Virus record (IMG/VR): IMGVR_UViG_3300012979_000027
Span: 1 to 64,000 of that record
Source: a virus
Lineage: Duplodnaviria > Caudoviricetes
Reading direction: 5' to 3' (one strand)
Length of the DNA stretch: 64,000 nucleotides
The number at the start of each line of letters is the position of its first letter. Positions within the stretch are counted from its first letter, which is position 1. Positions 54,230 through 64,000 of this stretch are shown here, one piece after another. Under the pieces are notes generated by a model. The model worked only from the letters and a program-made list of their open reading frames with translations. It searched no databases and was not told the origin of the DNA. The translations under genes and the position numbers were made by a program.

Positions 54230-54856
54230 TTATTGAATTTCAAATTTAATTTTCTCAACTTCATCAACGGTTGTAGCAGCGTTAATTATATCTTCTAACT
54301 TTTGTTGATAACCAACGAGACGATATGCATGTTTATTCATCATATTGGAAGCATAAGTAATTTTCTCCATTTGTTCTTCCAAAGAAATGCCGCGAACGGT
54401 TGCCAAAGCTTTTACCCATTGCGCATCATATTCCTGAGAATCGATATTTTCTATAAGAAGTTTTACTCCGTTTTCCTGTCTTGCCCATGTTTCCATTTCA
54501 GCATCAGAGAAACCTGTTTTTAATTGTTTCATGTAAGAGTTTGTAGCATTACGGATTTCATTCAACTTTTGTTCCTTTGCAACCTCTAACTTAATTGTCC
54601 AATTTTCAGTTGTACTATCCCAAACATAATCTGAGCCAGGATATGTATTTTCTGTATAAAATGTTTTATATTGTCCCCATTTAGCGGGGTCTATATATTT
54701 CAATGTTCCATCGGATTTCTTCCAAGCTTTGATTCTTTCTTCAAATCCATGTTTCTTCATCATAGAAGGAAACTTATTGAAGTTAGAAATGTTTTTATAA
54801 TTCTTTGGAGCTTCAACGATTCTACCATCTTCTAATTCTTTAACAAATATACTCAT
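54230..54856 (-). CDS. Tail fibre assembly/chaperone-like protein
   Basis: E.ETW..QE, LA..RGI, G.QQKLED.I.AATT..EV..I; next to fibre genes. Confidence 0.7.
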   Translation of the reverse strand: MSIFVKELEDGRIVEAPKNYKNISNFNKFPSMMKKHGFEERIKAWKKSDGTLKYIDPAKWGQYKTFYTENTYPGSDYVWDSTTENWTIKLEVAKEQKLNEIRNATNSYMKQLKTGFSDAEMETWARQENGVKLLIENIDSQEYDAQWVKALATVRGISLEEQMEKITYASNMMNKHAYRLVGYQQKLEDIINAATTVDEVEKIKFEIQ

Positions 54857-54859
54857 AAC

Positions 54860-55417
54860 TTATCCTTCTATTTTTACTGCCACATTGCCAATAATTAAAT
54901 CCTTTGCAAATCGTTGGAAAGCTAATACGTAGAAATATCCGGCCTGGATATCCGGAATTCCATAAAGCCATTTAATTGGTTGGGTTGGCCAAATAATACC
55001 AACATTTACTGTATCATCTAATTCTCTCAAATCAACAACCAGATAACGACAAACCAATTTAGAACCCATCTCATTTGGAATATCAAATTTTATTTCTAGA
55101 ACCTTGCCATCTTCATTTGAAACCAAATCGTTGTGAGATGAGATAAGATATCTGTTGTTATAGTTATCAGCAAAACTCAATGTAATATCATTGAATTCTA
55201 CTTCGTCATAAGATTCCGAACCAGCGTCAGTTCCTTCTACTTCTTCATCCAGTACGGTGAGTTCTTTAATAGTAAGGTTTTCAATATATCCTGTCTTTGC
55301 CTGAATATTATCTATATTGTCTAATGATAGACTTTTAAGTTTTACTTCATTTGCTATTAGAAGCGGGGTGGAAACCTGCGCCTGATTAATAACTGTTTGT
55401 GTTATCGGATCAATCAT
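54860..55417 (-). CDS. Tail-associated small protein
   Basis: WP...KW..G.P tail related to 59764, 61276 and 62923. Confidence 0.65.
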   Translation of the reverse strand: MIDPITQTVINQAQVSTPLLIANEVKLKSLSLDNIDNIQAKTGYIENLTIKELTVLDEEVEGTDAGSESYDEVEFNDITLSFADNYNNRYLISSHNDLVSNEDGKVLEIKFDIPNEMGSKLVCRYLVVDLRELDDTVNVGIIWPTQPIKWLYGIPDIQAGYFYVLAFQRFAKDLIIGNVAVKIEG

Positions 55418-55593
55418 TTTTGTAATAATTATTTAAGGAAAATAATAAGGATTAAAAAGATAAAAATTAAATATAAAGTAATCATTAAATTAAACAAATA
55501 TGGATTGATTTCCAGTCGATTAATTGAACCAGAAAATACCTTTGTGGATGAAGGAGGTACATCCAAATAACTTGCCACATTGAGTTTTTTAAT

Positions 55594-58077
55594 TTATTCT
55601 TTTATATCTTCGTTAGTGTAAGAGCCCAACTTATTGCCAATTATTGCGAAAGTTCCGAATCCTTCATAAGTTCCTTCAAAATCATTATTATACAGGAACT
55701 CTCCTTCACCATCATTATAATATGCAACATTGTTGATGAGGTCGTACATACAAGGTTTTAATTTAAGTTCATCAAATGCTGGAACGTAATCTCTCATTAT
55801 TTCTTCTCCTTCGGAAATCTTGGCACGATAAATTCTCCACGAACCATCTGGTAAGAGAGATTTATCATAAACGGGATTTATATTAAACAAATATAAATCT
55901 TCTGTTGGTGTAAATGATAAGGATGTAGTTATATTTGCTGTTTTATCTGCAAAGAGGGGAGAAGCGACCAAAACTTTTTTAGAATTAAGCCAATTCATCC
56001 ATCCTTCATATTTGGTATTAAATGTTCCGCCTAAATCTGGAGTATTGTTCCATCCATAACACACAGTATAAAAAGTAGTAACTCTTGGAGCAGCAAAATA
56101 AGTATTATCTGCATTTGTTTGTCGAAGACCCAAACATATTCCACCCTTTCCTATAATTTTTCCAGTCTGATATGCCTCTACATAAAGACCTGTATTTTCA
56201 GTAGGAATGTGACCAGTTTTGATATATTGTTTTCCGAATGATTCGAGATATTTTAATTTAACAAAATCACTGGGCAAAGAATGTTCAACACAATATGTAA
56301 AATCATTTCCAGTTCCTTGATTATAAAACGGTGTTTGTGATACCAAATCGAACATACACGGTTTTTTATTCTCATCTAAACAAGGAACAAAATCTCTTAC
56401 TAATGTGTCTCCTTGTGTAATTTGAGCACGGAATATTTTTCCTTGCCAATTGCCATAGTCATTATTATATGAGCCTCTACTATTATAAGTGAACAACCAA
56501 ATAGGCTGGACAAAATTACCCAATGTTTTAGTTAATGTATTGAGATAATTTATATGTTTTGATGAATAATAAACATATCTATTATTATAAAGATTTAATG
56601 ATGAATAAAATTCTCTATCGGGAGTTCTATTATATAATATTGTTCCAGAATCTGTATTCCAACTATAATACATTTGGCCATTAGTTGTATTTCTAAAAGT
56701 GAGAGGTGCATATCTGCAACCCGCAGTATCTTCTATAGAACCCGCATACTTCGTCTCACCTGAGCCAAGGCTTGTCAATTCTCCTTTTATAGATAAACCA
56801 GTCTCATCATTTGGAACAATTCCCGTATTGATATATTGTTTATCATCGCTTTGAAGATAGACACATCTTGTATATCCTGCAGGAAGATTATAATCTTTAT
56901 TAATATAAGGAATTTCTATATTTTTTGGAATAATGAAATTATTAGAGAGATTATTCGTATAATGAGCTTTCTTTTCAATAATATCATACATCATAGGTCT
57001 TCCGATGGGGTCAATCATTGGAATATAATCATGTATAATTTTATCTCCTTCAGAAATTTTTGCTCGATAAATTTTACCAATCCATGGTGAACTATTACTT
57101 CCATTATTATTTGAACCAAAAAGATATACAGAATACGAGGGAATTGCTTTAAATTCCGTTAAATCTTTAGAAGTAACAAGTGAATTATCAATATAGATAT
57201 TAGCTTTTAAATTATTAAGGAAATTGGTTTCTGCTATATAACGTCTTCCAGCTCCGAGAGTTTCAAATGATATCCAGCTATTCCAATAACATCCTGTGGT
57301 GTTTCCATTTGTTCCTGGAAGACGAATAGCTGTCATTGAATTGTTATTTCCATTTGGGCCACTACCCATTACATGTCTATCGCCTTCATATAACGCCTGT
57401 GCTTCTACCCAGAAACCTGTATTTTTATTAGGGATATAGCCGGTATCTATACGTTGATTTCCATTACTAATAAGATAAGGGATTGGTTTATAATCTTCTT
57501 CAGAATATGGCCATAAGAAACTCCCTGTTCCAGCGTTATAAAATGGTTTTTGAGAAACCAAATCATACATACATGGAACGTTGTAGTTATCTACACACGG
57601 AATTAAATCATACACAAGTTCATCATTGACATATAATTTCCAATTCTTTTTTAGTGATTTTTGATAATGATTAGTATTATATGTTCTATATGCATTTATA
57701 GTTCCATTCAATACTATTGAAGATGAATTATAAGTCTGTGATTGAATTTTGGTATCATCAATATATAGACCCGTATCATTTTGGCTATGTATCAATCTAA
57801 AATTGTGCCATTCTGTATCAGCAGTTGTCGAAGATGTACTAAAACTGCCAGCACCACAATACCATTTTCCGTCTCTAATACCATAAAAGAAATATGGATT
57901 ACCATTTTTACCTTCTGACTGATTTGAAGTATCTGAAAATTTGCTTTCGGTTTCTAAAACTATTTTATCACCCACATTTGTCGTAATTGGCAAATTTAGC
58001 CATTGACTTCCAGAACTTTCTAAATATTCAATTCGTCTAAATCCTCCTGGTAAAATAATCTGTTCCTCTTCGCTCAT
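55594..58077 (-). CDS. Tail fibre/receptor-binding-like protein with four tandem beta-sandwich-like repeats
   Basis: Four copies of YL.S.G.Q.I.TG..P...IYRAKI...RD..P..D...PCMYD...YN.G.G.F. Confidence 0.75.
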   Translation of the reverse strand: MSEEEQIILPGGFRRIEYLESSGSQWLNLPITTNVGDKIVLETESKFSDTSNQSEGKNGNPYFFYGIRDGKWYCGAGSFSTSSTTADTEWHNFRLIHSQNDTGLYIDDTKIQSQTYNSSSIVLNGTINAYRTYNTNHYQKSLKKNWKLYVNDELVYDLIPCVDNYNVPCMYDLVSQKPFYNAGTGSFLWPYSEEDYKPIPYLISNGNQRIDTGYIPNKNTGFWVEAQALYEGDRHVMGSGPNGNNNSMTAIRLPGTNGNTTGCYWNSWISFETLGAGRRYIAETNFLNNLKANIYIDNSLVTSKDLTEFKAIPSYSVYLFGSNNNGSNSSPWIGKIYRAKISEGDKIIHDYIPMIDPIGRPMMYDIIEKKAHYTNNLSNNFIIPKNIEIPYINKDYNLPAGYTRCVYLQSDDKQYINTGIVPNDETGLSIKGELTSLGSGETKYAGSIEDTAGCRYAPLTFRNTTNGQMYYSWNTDSGTILYNRTPDREFYSSLNLYNNRYVYYSSKHINYLNTLTKTLGNFVQPIWLFTYNSRGSYNNDYGNWQGKIFRAQITQGDTLVRDFVPCLDENKKPCMFDLVSQTPFYNQGTGNDFTYCVEHSLPSDFVKLKYLESFGKQYIKTGHIPTENTGLYVEAYQTGKIIGKGGICLGLRQTNADNTYFAAPRVTTFYTVCYGWNNTPDLGGTFNTKYEGWMNWLNSKKVLVASPLFADKTANITTSLSFTPTEDLYLFNINPVYDKSLLPDGSWRIYRAKISEGEEIMRDYVPAFDELKLKPCMYDLINNVAYYNDGEGEFLYNNDFEGTYEGFGTFAIIGNKLGSYTNEDIKE

Positions 58078-58145
58078 CGTTAAGATTATTTAAAAGAAAA
58101 AGACATCCTTTTGGATGTCTTAATTTTTAATTATAAAATGAAATT

Positions 58146-59762
58146 TTAAGATTCAGGCATTACATAATCCTCATAAACCTTATATAAGAAATCATCACCA
58201 TCCGTAGCTGCGTTATAATATGGCTTACCCTCTATCATTTCATACATACAAGGTTTACCATCTGGGTCCAAAGTGGGAATGAAGTCTCTGATGATTTGGT
58301 CTCCTTCTGAGATTTTAGCGCGATAAATGCGCCCATACCATTGACGTTCCGTATTTCCATTGCGTTTGAAAAGAGTAATTGGATTGGTAATTGTTAATTC
58401 TTCATTGGATAAATCTGATGAAATTATATCATTTTCTCCAAGATTTATTATTGCTTTTTTATCATTGAGCCAATTTAAAGAAGATAACGCGGTAGAACCA
58501 GAACCTCTATAGCCAGATAAGTTTATACTTGTTTTCCATCCATAATATGGATTATATTTGTAAGTTGGCCATCTTGGAACATACCAATGTTGATTATTTC
58601 CTTGTGCACCAAATGAAACGCCGTCTTTATTAAGTTCAATTTGTTGAATAATATTCCACCCGCCTATATTATTAGATGGCAATATTTCAGTATTTATAAA
58701 CTGTGTTCCATTGTCTTCTAAATATATACATCTTTCATATCCATAAGGAAGTTTGATAATGTCTAATTCTAATTCATTTTTAATTTCTTCGCATAAAGTT
58801 TCATTTTCAGGAAACTCTGTAGGAGGTGCAATAGACGATGCAATATTAAAAGCATATGTCACTTCCCAGCCTTTTGCTTTAATATCTTCAAATGCTTGAA
58901 ATATTTCAGGGTCATGTTTATATCCTGCATATATACCAAAATATATTTTATGTGTTCCGCTGGTCCATTCTTTTACAGTATCTCTAAAATTTAAAACTGT
59001 AGATTTGTCTACCTTACAATGCATAAACATATTATTCCCTTCAGATAAATTTTTAAAGTTTCCTATTAAATGAGTCAGACCCATACATCCTGAGAATGCA
59101 CCGGATAATATTGTTGCATTTCCTAAGTCTAAATTATATTCTCCTGCTAACCCAGTTTCTGTATATGGCCACGTATTTAAGAATAATCCATCTGCATTTG
59201 TTACATTGGGAAATGTATATTTCGAATCTAATTTTGTTTGTCTAAACCAATGCGTTTGACCAACATATGAACCATAGAAAACGGCTGATAATTTTGTAGC
59301 TTTATCTATAGATTCATTATACGGAATCGTAACAGGTTGAGATGAAGTTCCTGACACATATCCGACCGCCCCTTCTCTAAAAATACTACTAAGCTTAGTT
59401 GTGTTGGGAGAAAAATCTTTTGGCCAGTCAGGCATAATACATTTTGAAAAGATTCCATCGACATTTGTAAAATCTTTATAATTTGTATTTGCTTCTTTAA
59501 GAGATCTACAATTATAGAAAAAATTTTTTGCATTTGTAGTTTTTGGCATTTCACTATTAAACGAAACCATCGTAGAACCACTTAAAAAGTTTGTTGAACC
59601 ATCATGCACAAAATTATCTAAATTCCAATTCCAATTTTTTTCGTTATTGGCATAATCTTCTTTAAAATTAGAATTTATATTTTTTATATCAGCAATATTA
59701 GTACAATGAGCGTACTTATAATGATGATTTTCGCGTTTTACTGAATTAAATCCTCCGAGCAT
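58146..59762 (-). CDS. Tail-associated protein: LRR-like (BspA/DUF285-type) region plus one beta-sandwich-like repeat
   Basis: N...F..C..L repeats, AKGW motif, C-terminal repeat as in 55594. Confidence 0.7.
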   Translation of the reverse strand: MLGGFNSVKRENHHYKYAHCTNIADIKNINSNFKEDYANNEKNWNWNLDNFVHDGSTNFLSGSTMVSFNSEMPKTTNAKNFFYNCRSLKEANTNYKDFTNVDGIFSKCIMPDWPKDFSPNTTKLSSIFREGAVGYVSGTSSQPVTIPYNESIDKATKLSAVFYGSYVGQTHWFRQTKLDSKYTFPNVTNADGLFLNTWPYTETGLAGEYNLDLGNATILSGAFSGCMGLTHLIGNFKNLSEGNNMFMHCKVDKSTVLNFRDTVKEWTSGTHKIYFGIYAGYKHDPEIFQAFEDIKAKGWEVTYAFNIASSIAPPTEFPENETLCEEIKNELELDIIKLPYGYERCIYLEDNGTQFINTEILPSNNIGGWNIIQQIELNKDGVSFGAQGNNQHWYVPRWPTYKYNPYYGWKTSINLSGYRGSGSTALSSLNWLNDKKAIINLGENDIISSDLSNEELTITNPITLFKRNGNTERQWYGRIYRAKISEGDQIIRDFIPTLDPDGKPCMYEMIEGKPYYNAATDGDDFLYKVYEDYVMPES

Positions 59763-59763
59763 T

Positions 59764-60261
59764 TTAGTACATGTAGGCTATTGAAGCAATAATTTTTTTA
59801 GGTTCCTGACGGAAAACAATACGATAATTTTTAGAAGGCAAAAGTATGGGGGCAGCGCCTGTTGCACTGTCAATCCAATAGGTATTATCTGGCCATTGAT
59901 GATTAATAGGAGCAGGAGCGGGTGTAGTAAACCACAATTCACAAGTCTGAATTAAACGCCCATTAGCAGAAAAAGTAATATTCTTTAAATTAGTAGTATC
60001 AGAAATTTCACCAATGTCATAACAGACTCCATTGTTAAAAACACTTGGAATACCTTCGGTATAATAATATCCACTCGCCATCGGATTTTCTGTGTCAAAA
60101 ACAGTTCCATTGACTGAATCTGTAACTATTAAAGAACCATTTCCATTGGCTGAATCTGTAAATGTTAAAGAACCATTTCCTTCAACAAAGATATTATTAG
60201 TATTAACTTGTGGAGTTTCTATTTTCTGTTTGTATAAAATACTTTTGGATATTAAACTCAT
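59764..60261 (-). CDS. Small tail-associated protein, family A
   Basis: QTCELWF...WP....WID...YRIV.R.E....ASI. Confidence 0.75.
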   Translation of the reverse strand: MSLISKSILYKQKIETPQVNTNNIFVEGNGSLTFTDSANGNGSLIVTDSVNGTVFDTENPMASGYYYTEGIPSVFNNGVCYDIGEISDTTNLKNITFSANGRLIQTCELWFTTPAPAPINHQWPDNTYWIDSATGAAPILLPSKNYRIVFRQEPKKIIASIAYMY

Positions 60262-60274
60262 AGTCGTAAATTAT

Positions 60275-61270
60275 TTAGATTTCAATTTCTTCCTTTGGTA
60301 TCTCTAATCCAAAATACTCATATGCTTCTTCTAATGATGAGAATTCTTGATAACCACTTTCTTCCCAATTAGTAACATAATGTCCCCAATCTAAAAGATG
60401 TTCCTTTTCTCCTATTCTAGCATAAATAAGAGATTTTCTTAAAGAAAAAGTAGATGTAGTAGTTGTTGTAGGTGTTCCATTCCATCCAACTGTCATTTTC
60501 CAGCCTTTACTCTCTGCATTAGAAATAGCCGTTGTTACCTCATTATCAAATTTATGATCGATATGAATAAAGATTTTTAAACGGTGAGTCCCGCTTGAAT
60601 AAGTAGGGATACTGTCCAAAATGCGTAACGCTGATTCTTTGCTAAGCTGCGAAGAACCAAACATGTAATATCCGTCTTCTAAAGAATTAAAAGTTGCATC
60701 AACTTCCCTGAGTTTAGGTGTTTCCCAAAACATGTCAGTCGTGTTGGTAATATGTGAGCAATCTGCTTTGAAACTTTCAAGAAAGCGTGCTCCTTGACAC
60801 ATATTTTGAGGTTTTATACATAGTGGAATAGAAGTATTTAAATATTTTACATTTGAAAAAGTAAAAATACCCATCGAGGCTTCAGCATTAGTATTTGTTA
60901 AAGAGTCCAATGGATAAATCCATCCACCGTCTGTTGTTAAGTCTTTTCTGTAATCAGGATTAACTATTTTCAAATCAGCCCAATTTTTTGACTTTATATA
61001 TTTGTTAATATCATGGAAGCTGACTTCAATATGATGATTATAATATTGTTCCTTTACAATTACATTTGTTTCTAACTTTATAAAGGCGTTCTTAATAGCT
61101 TCCAACTTTTCATTATCTACTCTATCAGTATGAATAATTACTTTTCTCTGGCCATTAATATAATCCAACTTATAAGGAGTTTCACCCATTAACTCCTTAA
61201 TCTTAGGCTCAAGGAATCTCATAAAATAAGTAGATTCGCCTAAACTTCTCATTTTACACCCAATGCTCAT
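60275..61270 (-). CDS. LRR-like variable protein, family B
   Basis: GESTY, IHTDR, DWGHYVTNWEE shared with 61745. Confidence 0.75.
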   Translation of the reverse strand: MSIGCKMRSLGESTYFMRFLEPKIKELMGETPYKLDYINGQRKVIIHTDRVDNEKLEAIKNAFIKLETNVIVKEQYYNHHIEVSFHDINKYIKSKNWADLKIVNPDYRKDLTTDGGWIYPLDSLTNTNAEASMGIFTFSNVKYLNTSIPLCIKPQNMCQGARFLESFKADCSHITNTTDMFWETPKLREVDATFNSLEDGYYMFGSSQLSKESALRILDSIPTYSSGTHRLKIFIHIDHKFDNEVTTAISNAESKGWKMTVGWNGTPTTTTTSTFSLRKSLIYARIGEKEHLLDWGHYVTNWEESGYQEFSSLEEAYEYFGLEIPKEEIEI

Positions 61271-61275
61271 AATAC

Positions 61276-61731
61276 TTAAACAGCGTTATAACAATAAGAA
61301 ATAGAAGCAACAAGGTTATCAATCTCTTTACGAATTACGATACGATAATTTAATAAAGGAAGCCATGTAGGTTCTGAACCGTCTGCATTATCAATCCAAA
61401 TGAGATTAGAGGGCCAAGTAATAGTGTAAACAGTGGAATCAGTAGTAAACCACAATTCACAAGTCTGTATAATTGATTCATCGCCGCTAAATGTCATTTC
61501 ACTTAAATCTGTATCAGAAGTAATTTTACCAATACCATAAATCGTACTATTGTCCAGTCTTGAAGGAATACCTTGTACATAAGGAAATCCTGAAATTCCT
61601 TCTTCAATTATTATTTCACCATCATCTACGAATGTTATTGCTCCATTATTATCTATAAAAATATTATTACAATTAACTTGCGGTGTCTCTACTCTATTAT
61701 AAGAAATATTGCTTACGGATGCTAAACTCAT
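61276..61731 (-). CDS. Small tail-associated protein, family A
   Basis: Same motifs as 59764. Confidence 0.75.
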   Translation of the reverse strand: MSLASVSNISYNRVETPQVNCNNIFIDNNGAITFVDDGEIIIEEGISGFPYVQGIPSRLDNSTIYGIGKITSDTDLSEMTFSGDESIIQTCELWFTTDSTVYTITWPSNLIWIDNADGSEPTWLPLLNYRIVIRKEIDNLVASISYCYNAV

Positions 61732-61744
61732 AGTCGTAAATTAT

Positions 61745-62920
61745 TTAGATTTCAATTTCTTCCTTTGGTACCTCTAATCCGAAATATTCATAAGCGGATT
61801 CCAGTGAGCGGAACTGCTCATATTCGCGCTCTTCCCAATTGGTCACATAATGGCCCCAATCGAGATATTGCTCAGTAGTACCGTCAGGGTGTTCCAGTTC
61901 GCCTATCTTGGCGTAAATGAGCGTCCCCATAGCAAACGTACTGGTAGTAGGTGTAGTATAAGTTGGTCCGCCCGGTAACCATCGCACGGTCAGTTTCCAG
62001 CCCTTAGCTTCAGCATTGGAGATAGCTGTCAACACTTCCTCATCGAATTGGTGGTCAATATGAATACCCATGGAGAGCTTTTGTCTCAAGCCTCGTGGCA
62101 CATTTGTTGAAGAATAAACAGTTTCCACGTAATCACAATAAGCAGAATCTGGAAGAGAATTAAGTATTCTTAAGCTGCTTGTTTTATTCAACTTTGAATT
62201 ACTAAATCCTAGTCCTGCACCATATAAAGACGGCAATTCAAGGTATACTTCTTCTAAGGCATAGGCTTCGTGAAACGGTTGATAAAAAACAATTATATGA
62301 CTCCAATCGCTGCTGAATTTTTTTAATGATGACGGACTAAAATGTGCAATAGTTTTCGTGTTATATGCTAAAGCTGAAAGCATGGGCATTTTTGCATGCA
62401 TCTCTACAAAGCGTCTAGTATGAGTCCAGCAATAAGCCATAGCCTGCACTTTCGGCAGGTCTACGCTCCATTTCTTTAACTTATCTGATTTCCAAACAGG
62501 AGAAGACCATGATAAGCCATCATTTGTATGATAAGTCGCAGCACTCATATCAACCATTTTGAGTAGAGGGTAAATCCACTCCCCTTCGCTAGTGACATCA
62601 TCCATGAAATTCGGATCAACTGCCTCCATTTCTCGCAGCGTTGTGCAAGCCGCATATTTGTTAATGTCTCGCCATGAAATTTCTATATTATGATTATATT
62701 GTTTTAGACCAACATTTTTCAATCCATTTTGATTAATTACATTTTTCACTTGTTCTAACTTTTCATCATCAATTCTATCAGTATGAACGATTAATCGTTT
62801 TTTACCAACTTCGTGTGCAATTTCATATGCAGTGCCTCCTGTTGCTTCTTCCAAATTTGGTAAAAACTTAGTATAATATGTCGATTCGCCCATAGGACGA
62901 AATTTACCCATCATTGCCAT
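61745..62920 (-). CDS. LRR-like variable protein, family B
   Basis: Conserved ends, divergent middle relative to 60275. Confidence 0.75.
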   Translation of the reverse strand: MAMMGKFRPMGESTYYTKFLPNLEEATGGTAYEIAHEVGKKRLIVHTDRIDDEKLEQVKNVINQNGLKNVGLKQYNHNIEISWRDINKYAACTTLREMEAVDPNFMDDVTSEGEWIYPLLKMVDMSAATYHTNDGLSWSSPVWKSDKLKKWSVDLPKVQAMAYCWTHTRRFVEMHAKMPMLSALAYNTKTIAHFSPSSLKKFSSDWSHIIVFYQPFHEAYALEEVYLELPSLYGAGLGFSNSKLNKTSSLRILNSLPDSAYCDYVETVYSSTNVPRGLRQKLSMGIHIDHQFDEEVLTAISNAEAKGWKLTVRWLPGGPTYTTPTTSTFAMGTLIYAKIGELEHPDGTTEQYLDWGHYVTNWEEREYEQFRSLESAYEYFGLEVPKEEIEI

Positions 62921-62922
62921 AA

Positions 62923-63522
62923 TTAAGAAATAGAATAATAGTGAGAAATAGAAGCGATTAGTGTATCAATCTCTTTACGAATAATGATACGATATTTCAT
63001 TTTAGAAAGTAATTGAGGCATATTACCATCCTCATAGTCAATCCATATCAAATTAGGAGGAAAAGTGATATTATATAATGTTAAACCCGTATTAAACCAT
63101 AATTCACATGATTGTACAATTGTTTCATCTCCATCAAATGTCATACCACTTAAATCTGTATCAGCATTTATATCTCCTATATTATAGATAGCACCGTTAG
63201 CAACTACAGTAGGAATACCATTAAAGATGGGGTATCCATTTGCACCACTCGTAATAGTTACTTCTCCATCATTGAGGAACGAAATCTGGCTACCCTTTGC
63301 AATATAGATATTACCATCAGTCTTAATTCCCTGTGAAGTTGTTACTTGTTTTGAAAAGACATTTACTTCAGTGAATTCGTTTTCACCCATTCTTTTTGCT
63401 ATATTTTCATCTGACGAATGGAGGTAACGAGAATCAATATTTTCGCCATTTAAAATATATGACTCTGAACCGATTTTTTTAGCTTTAATAGAATGGACAT
63501 GATTAGTATAAACTTCGCTCAT
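62923..63522 (-). CDS. Small tail-associated protein, family A
   Basis: QSCELWF...P.NLIWID...YRIIIRKE. Confidence 0.75.
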   Translation of the reverse strand: MSEVYTNHVHSIKAKKIGSESYILNGENIDSRYLHSSDENIAKRMGENEFTEVNVFSKQVTTSQGIKTDGNIYIAKGSQISFLNDGEVTITSGANGYPIFNGIPTVVANGAIYNIGDINADTDLSGMTFDGDETIVQSCELWFNTGLTLYNITFPPNLIWIDYEDGNMPQLLSKMKYRIIIRKEIDTLIASISHYYSIS

Positions 63523-63526
63523 AATA

Positions 63527-63973
63527 TTACATTAAAGTTGAAGTAACGTGCCCTTGAGTACGATTCTTTTCAAATTCCTCTAAATCAGCAGGTTGTGCTG
63601 TCTTGGAGAATTTTTCATCATAATTTACCTTCATATTTGCAGGAACGGTAGAAGGAAGATTAACACCATTATCGATACGTTTCACATAAGCAAGAAGATG
63701 TCCTGGAATTGTAACGGGGTCATAATAACGTCCGCCGCCTAAACTATATGCGATAGTAATAGTGGAAGGAGTAGCAGTATCAGCGATAAGTGGCTCAAGA
63801 GAAACGTTTGCAACCATGATAATTGCATCGCCATTTGTCTGAGCTTCGACCATATCTTTTACTTTACCGGCCATTTCAGGTTGTAATTGTTTGAAACAAG
63901 GGTCATTAAGGATTTTCTTATCAAATTCGAGTGTATCGCCTACACAAAAACATCCTGCAGTGTAACGAGACAT
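63527..63973 (-). CDS. Hypothetical protein
   Basis: 148-aa ORF; may extend upstream. Confidence 0.65.
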   Translation of the reverse strand: MSRYTAGCFCVGDTLEFDKKILNDPCFKQLQPEMAGKVKDMVEAQTNGDAIIMVANVSLEPLIADTATPSTITIAYSLGGGRYYDPVTIPGHLLAYVKRIDNGVNLPSTVPANMKVNYDEKFSKTAQPADLEEFEKNRTQGHVTSTLM

Positions 63974-64000
63974 ATAATGCTCAAAAACATTCTTGAAAGA

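Noticed and set aside
55594-63522. Diversity-generating retroelement
   Set aside because: No reverse transcriptase and no template/variable repeat pair with adenine-specific differences.
1-64000. Alternative genetic code
   Set aside because: Conserved genes are intact under code 11 and no suppressor-anticodon tRNA was found.

Overview
This is a 64-kb segment of a large T4-related (myovirus-like) phage genome, mostly on the minus strand. It contains: (i) a head module (gp23 major capsid, gp22-like scaffold, gp67-like core, gp21 protease, gp4-like nuclease, probable internal head proteins); (ii) about 20 tRNA or tRNA-like genes in three clusters, with two putative homing endonucleases and several unexplained structured RNAs; (iii) a ~33-kb run of small genes, most preceded by the fixed cassette ACAGAAC-N5-TATAAT-N6-ATG, which predicts leaderless mRNAs; (iv) a tandem array of tail/receptor-binding-like gene pairs. 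The most striking signals are five related ncRNAs that share a CATACAGCAA scaffold and display different tRNA anticodon loops (one is a circularly permuted tRNA), the promoter-cassette array, terminator-proximal sequences complementary to early-gene translation starts, large structured RNAs among the tRNAs, and non-canonical 8/4 tRNAs. All calls were made by eye. No database search was run.
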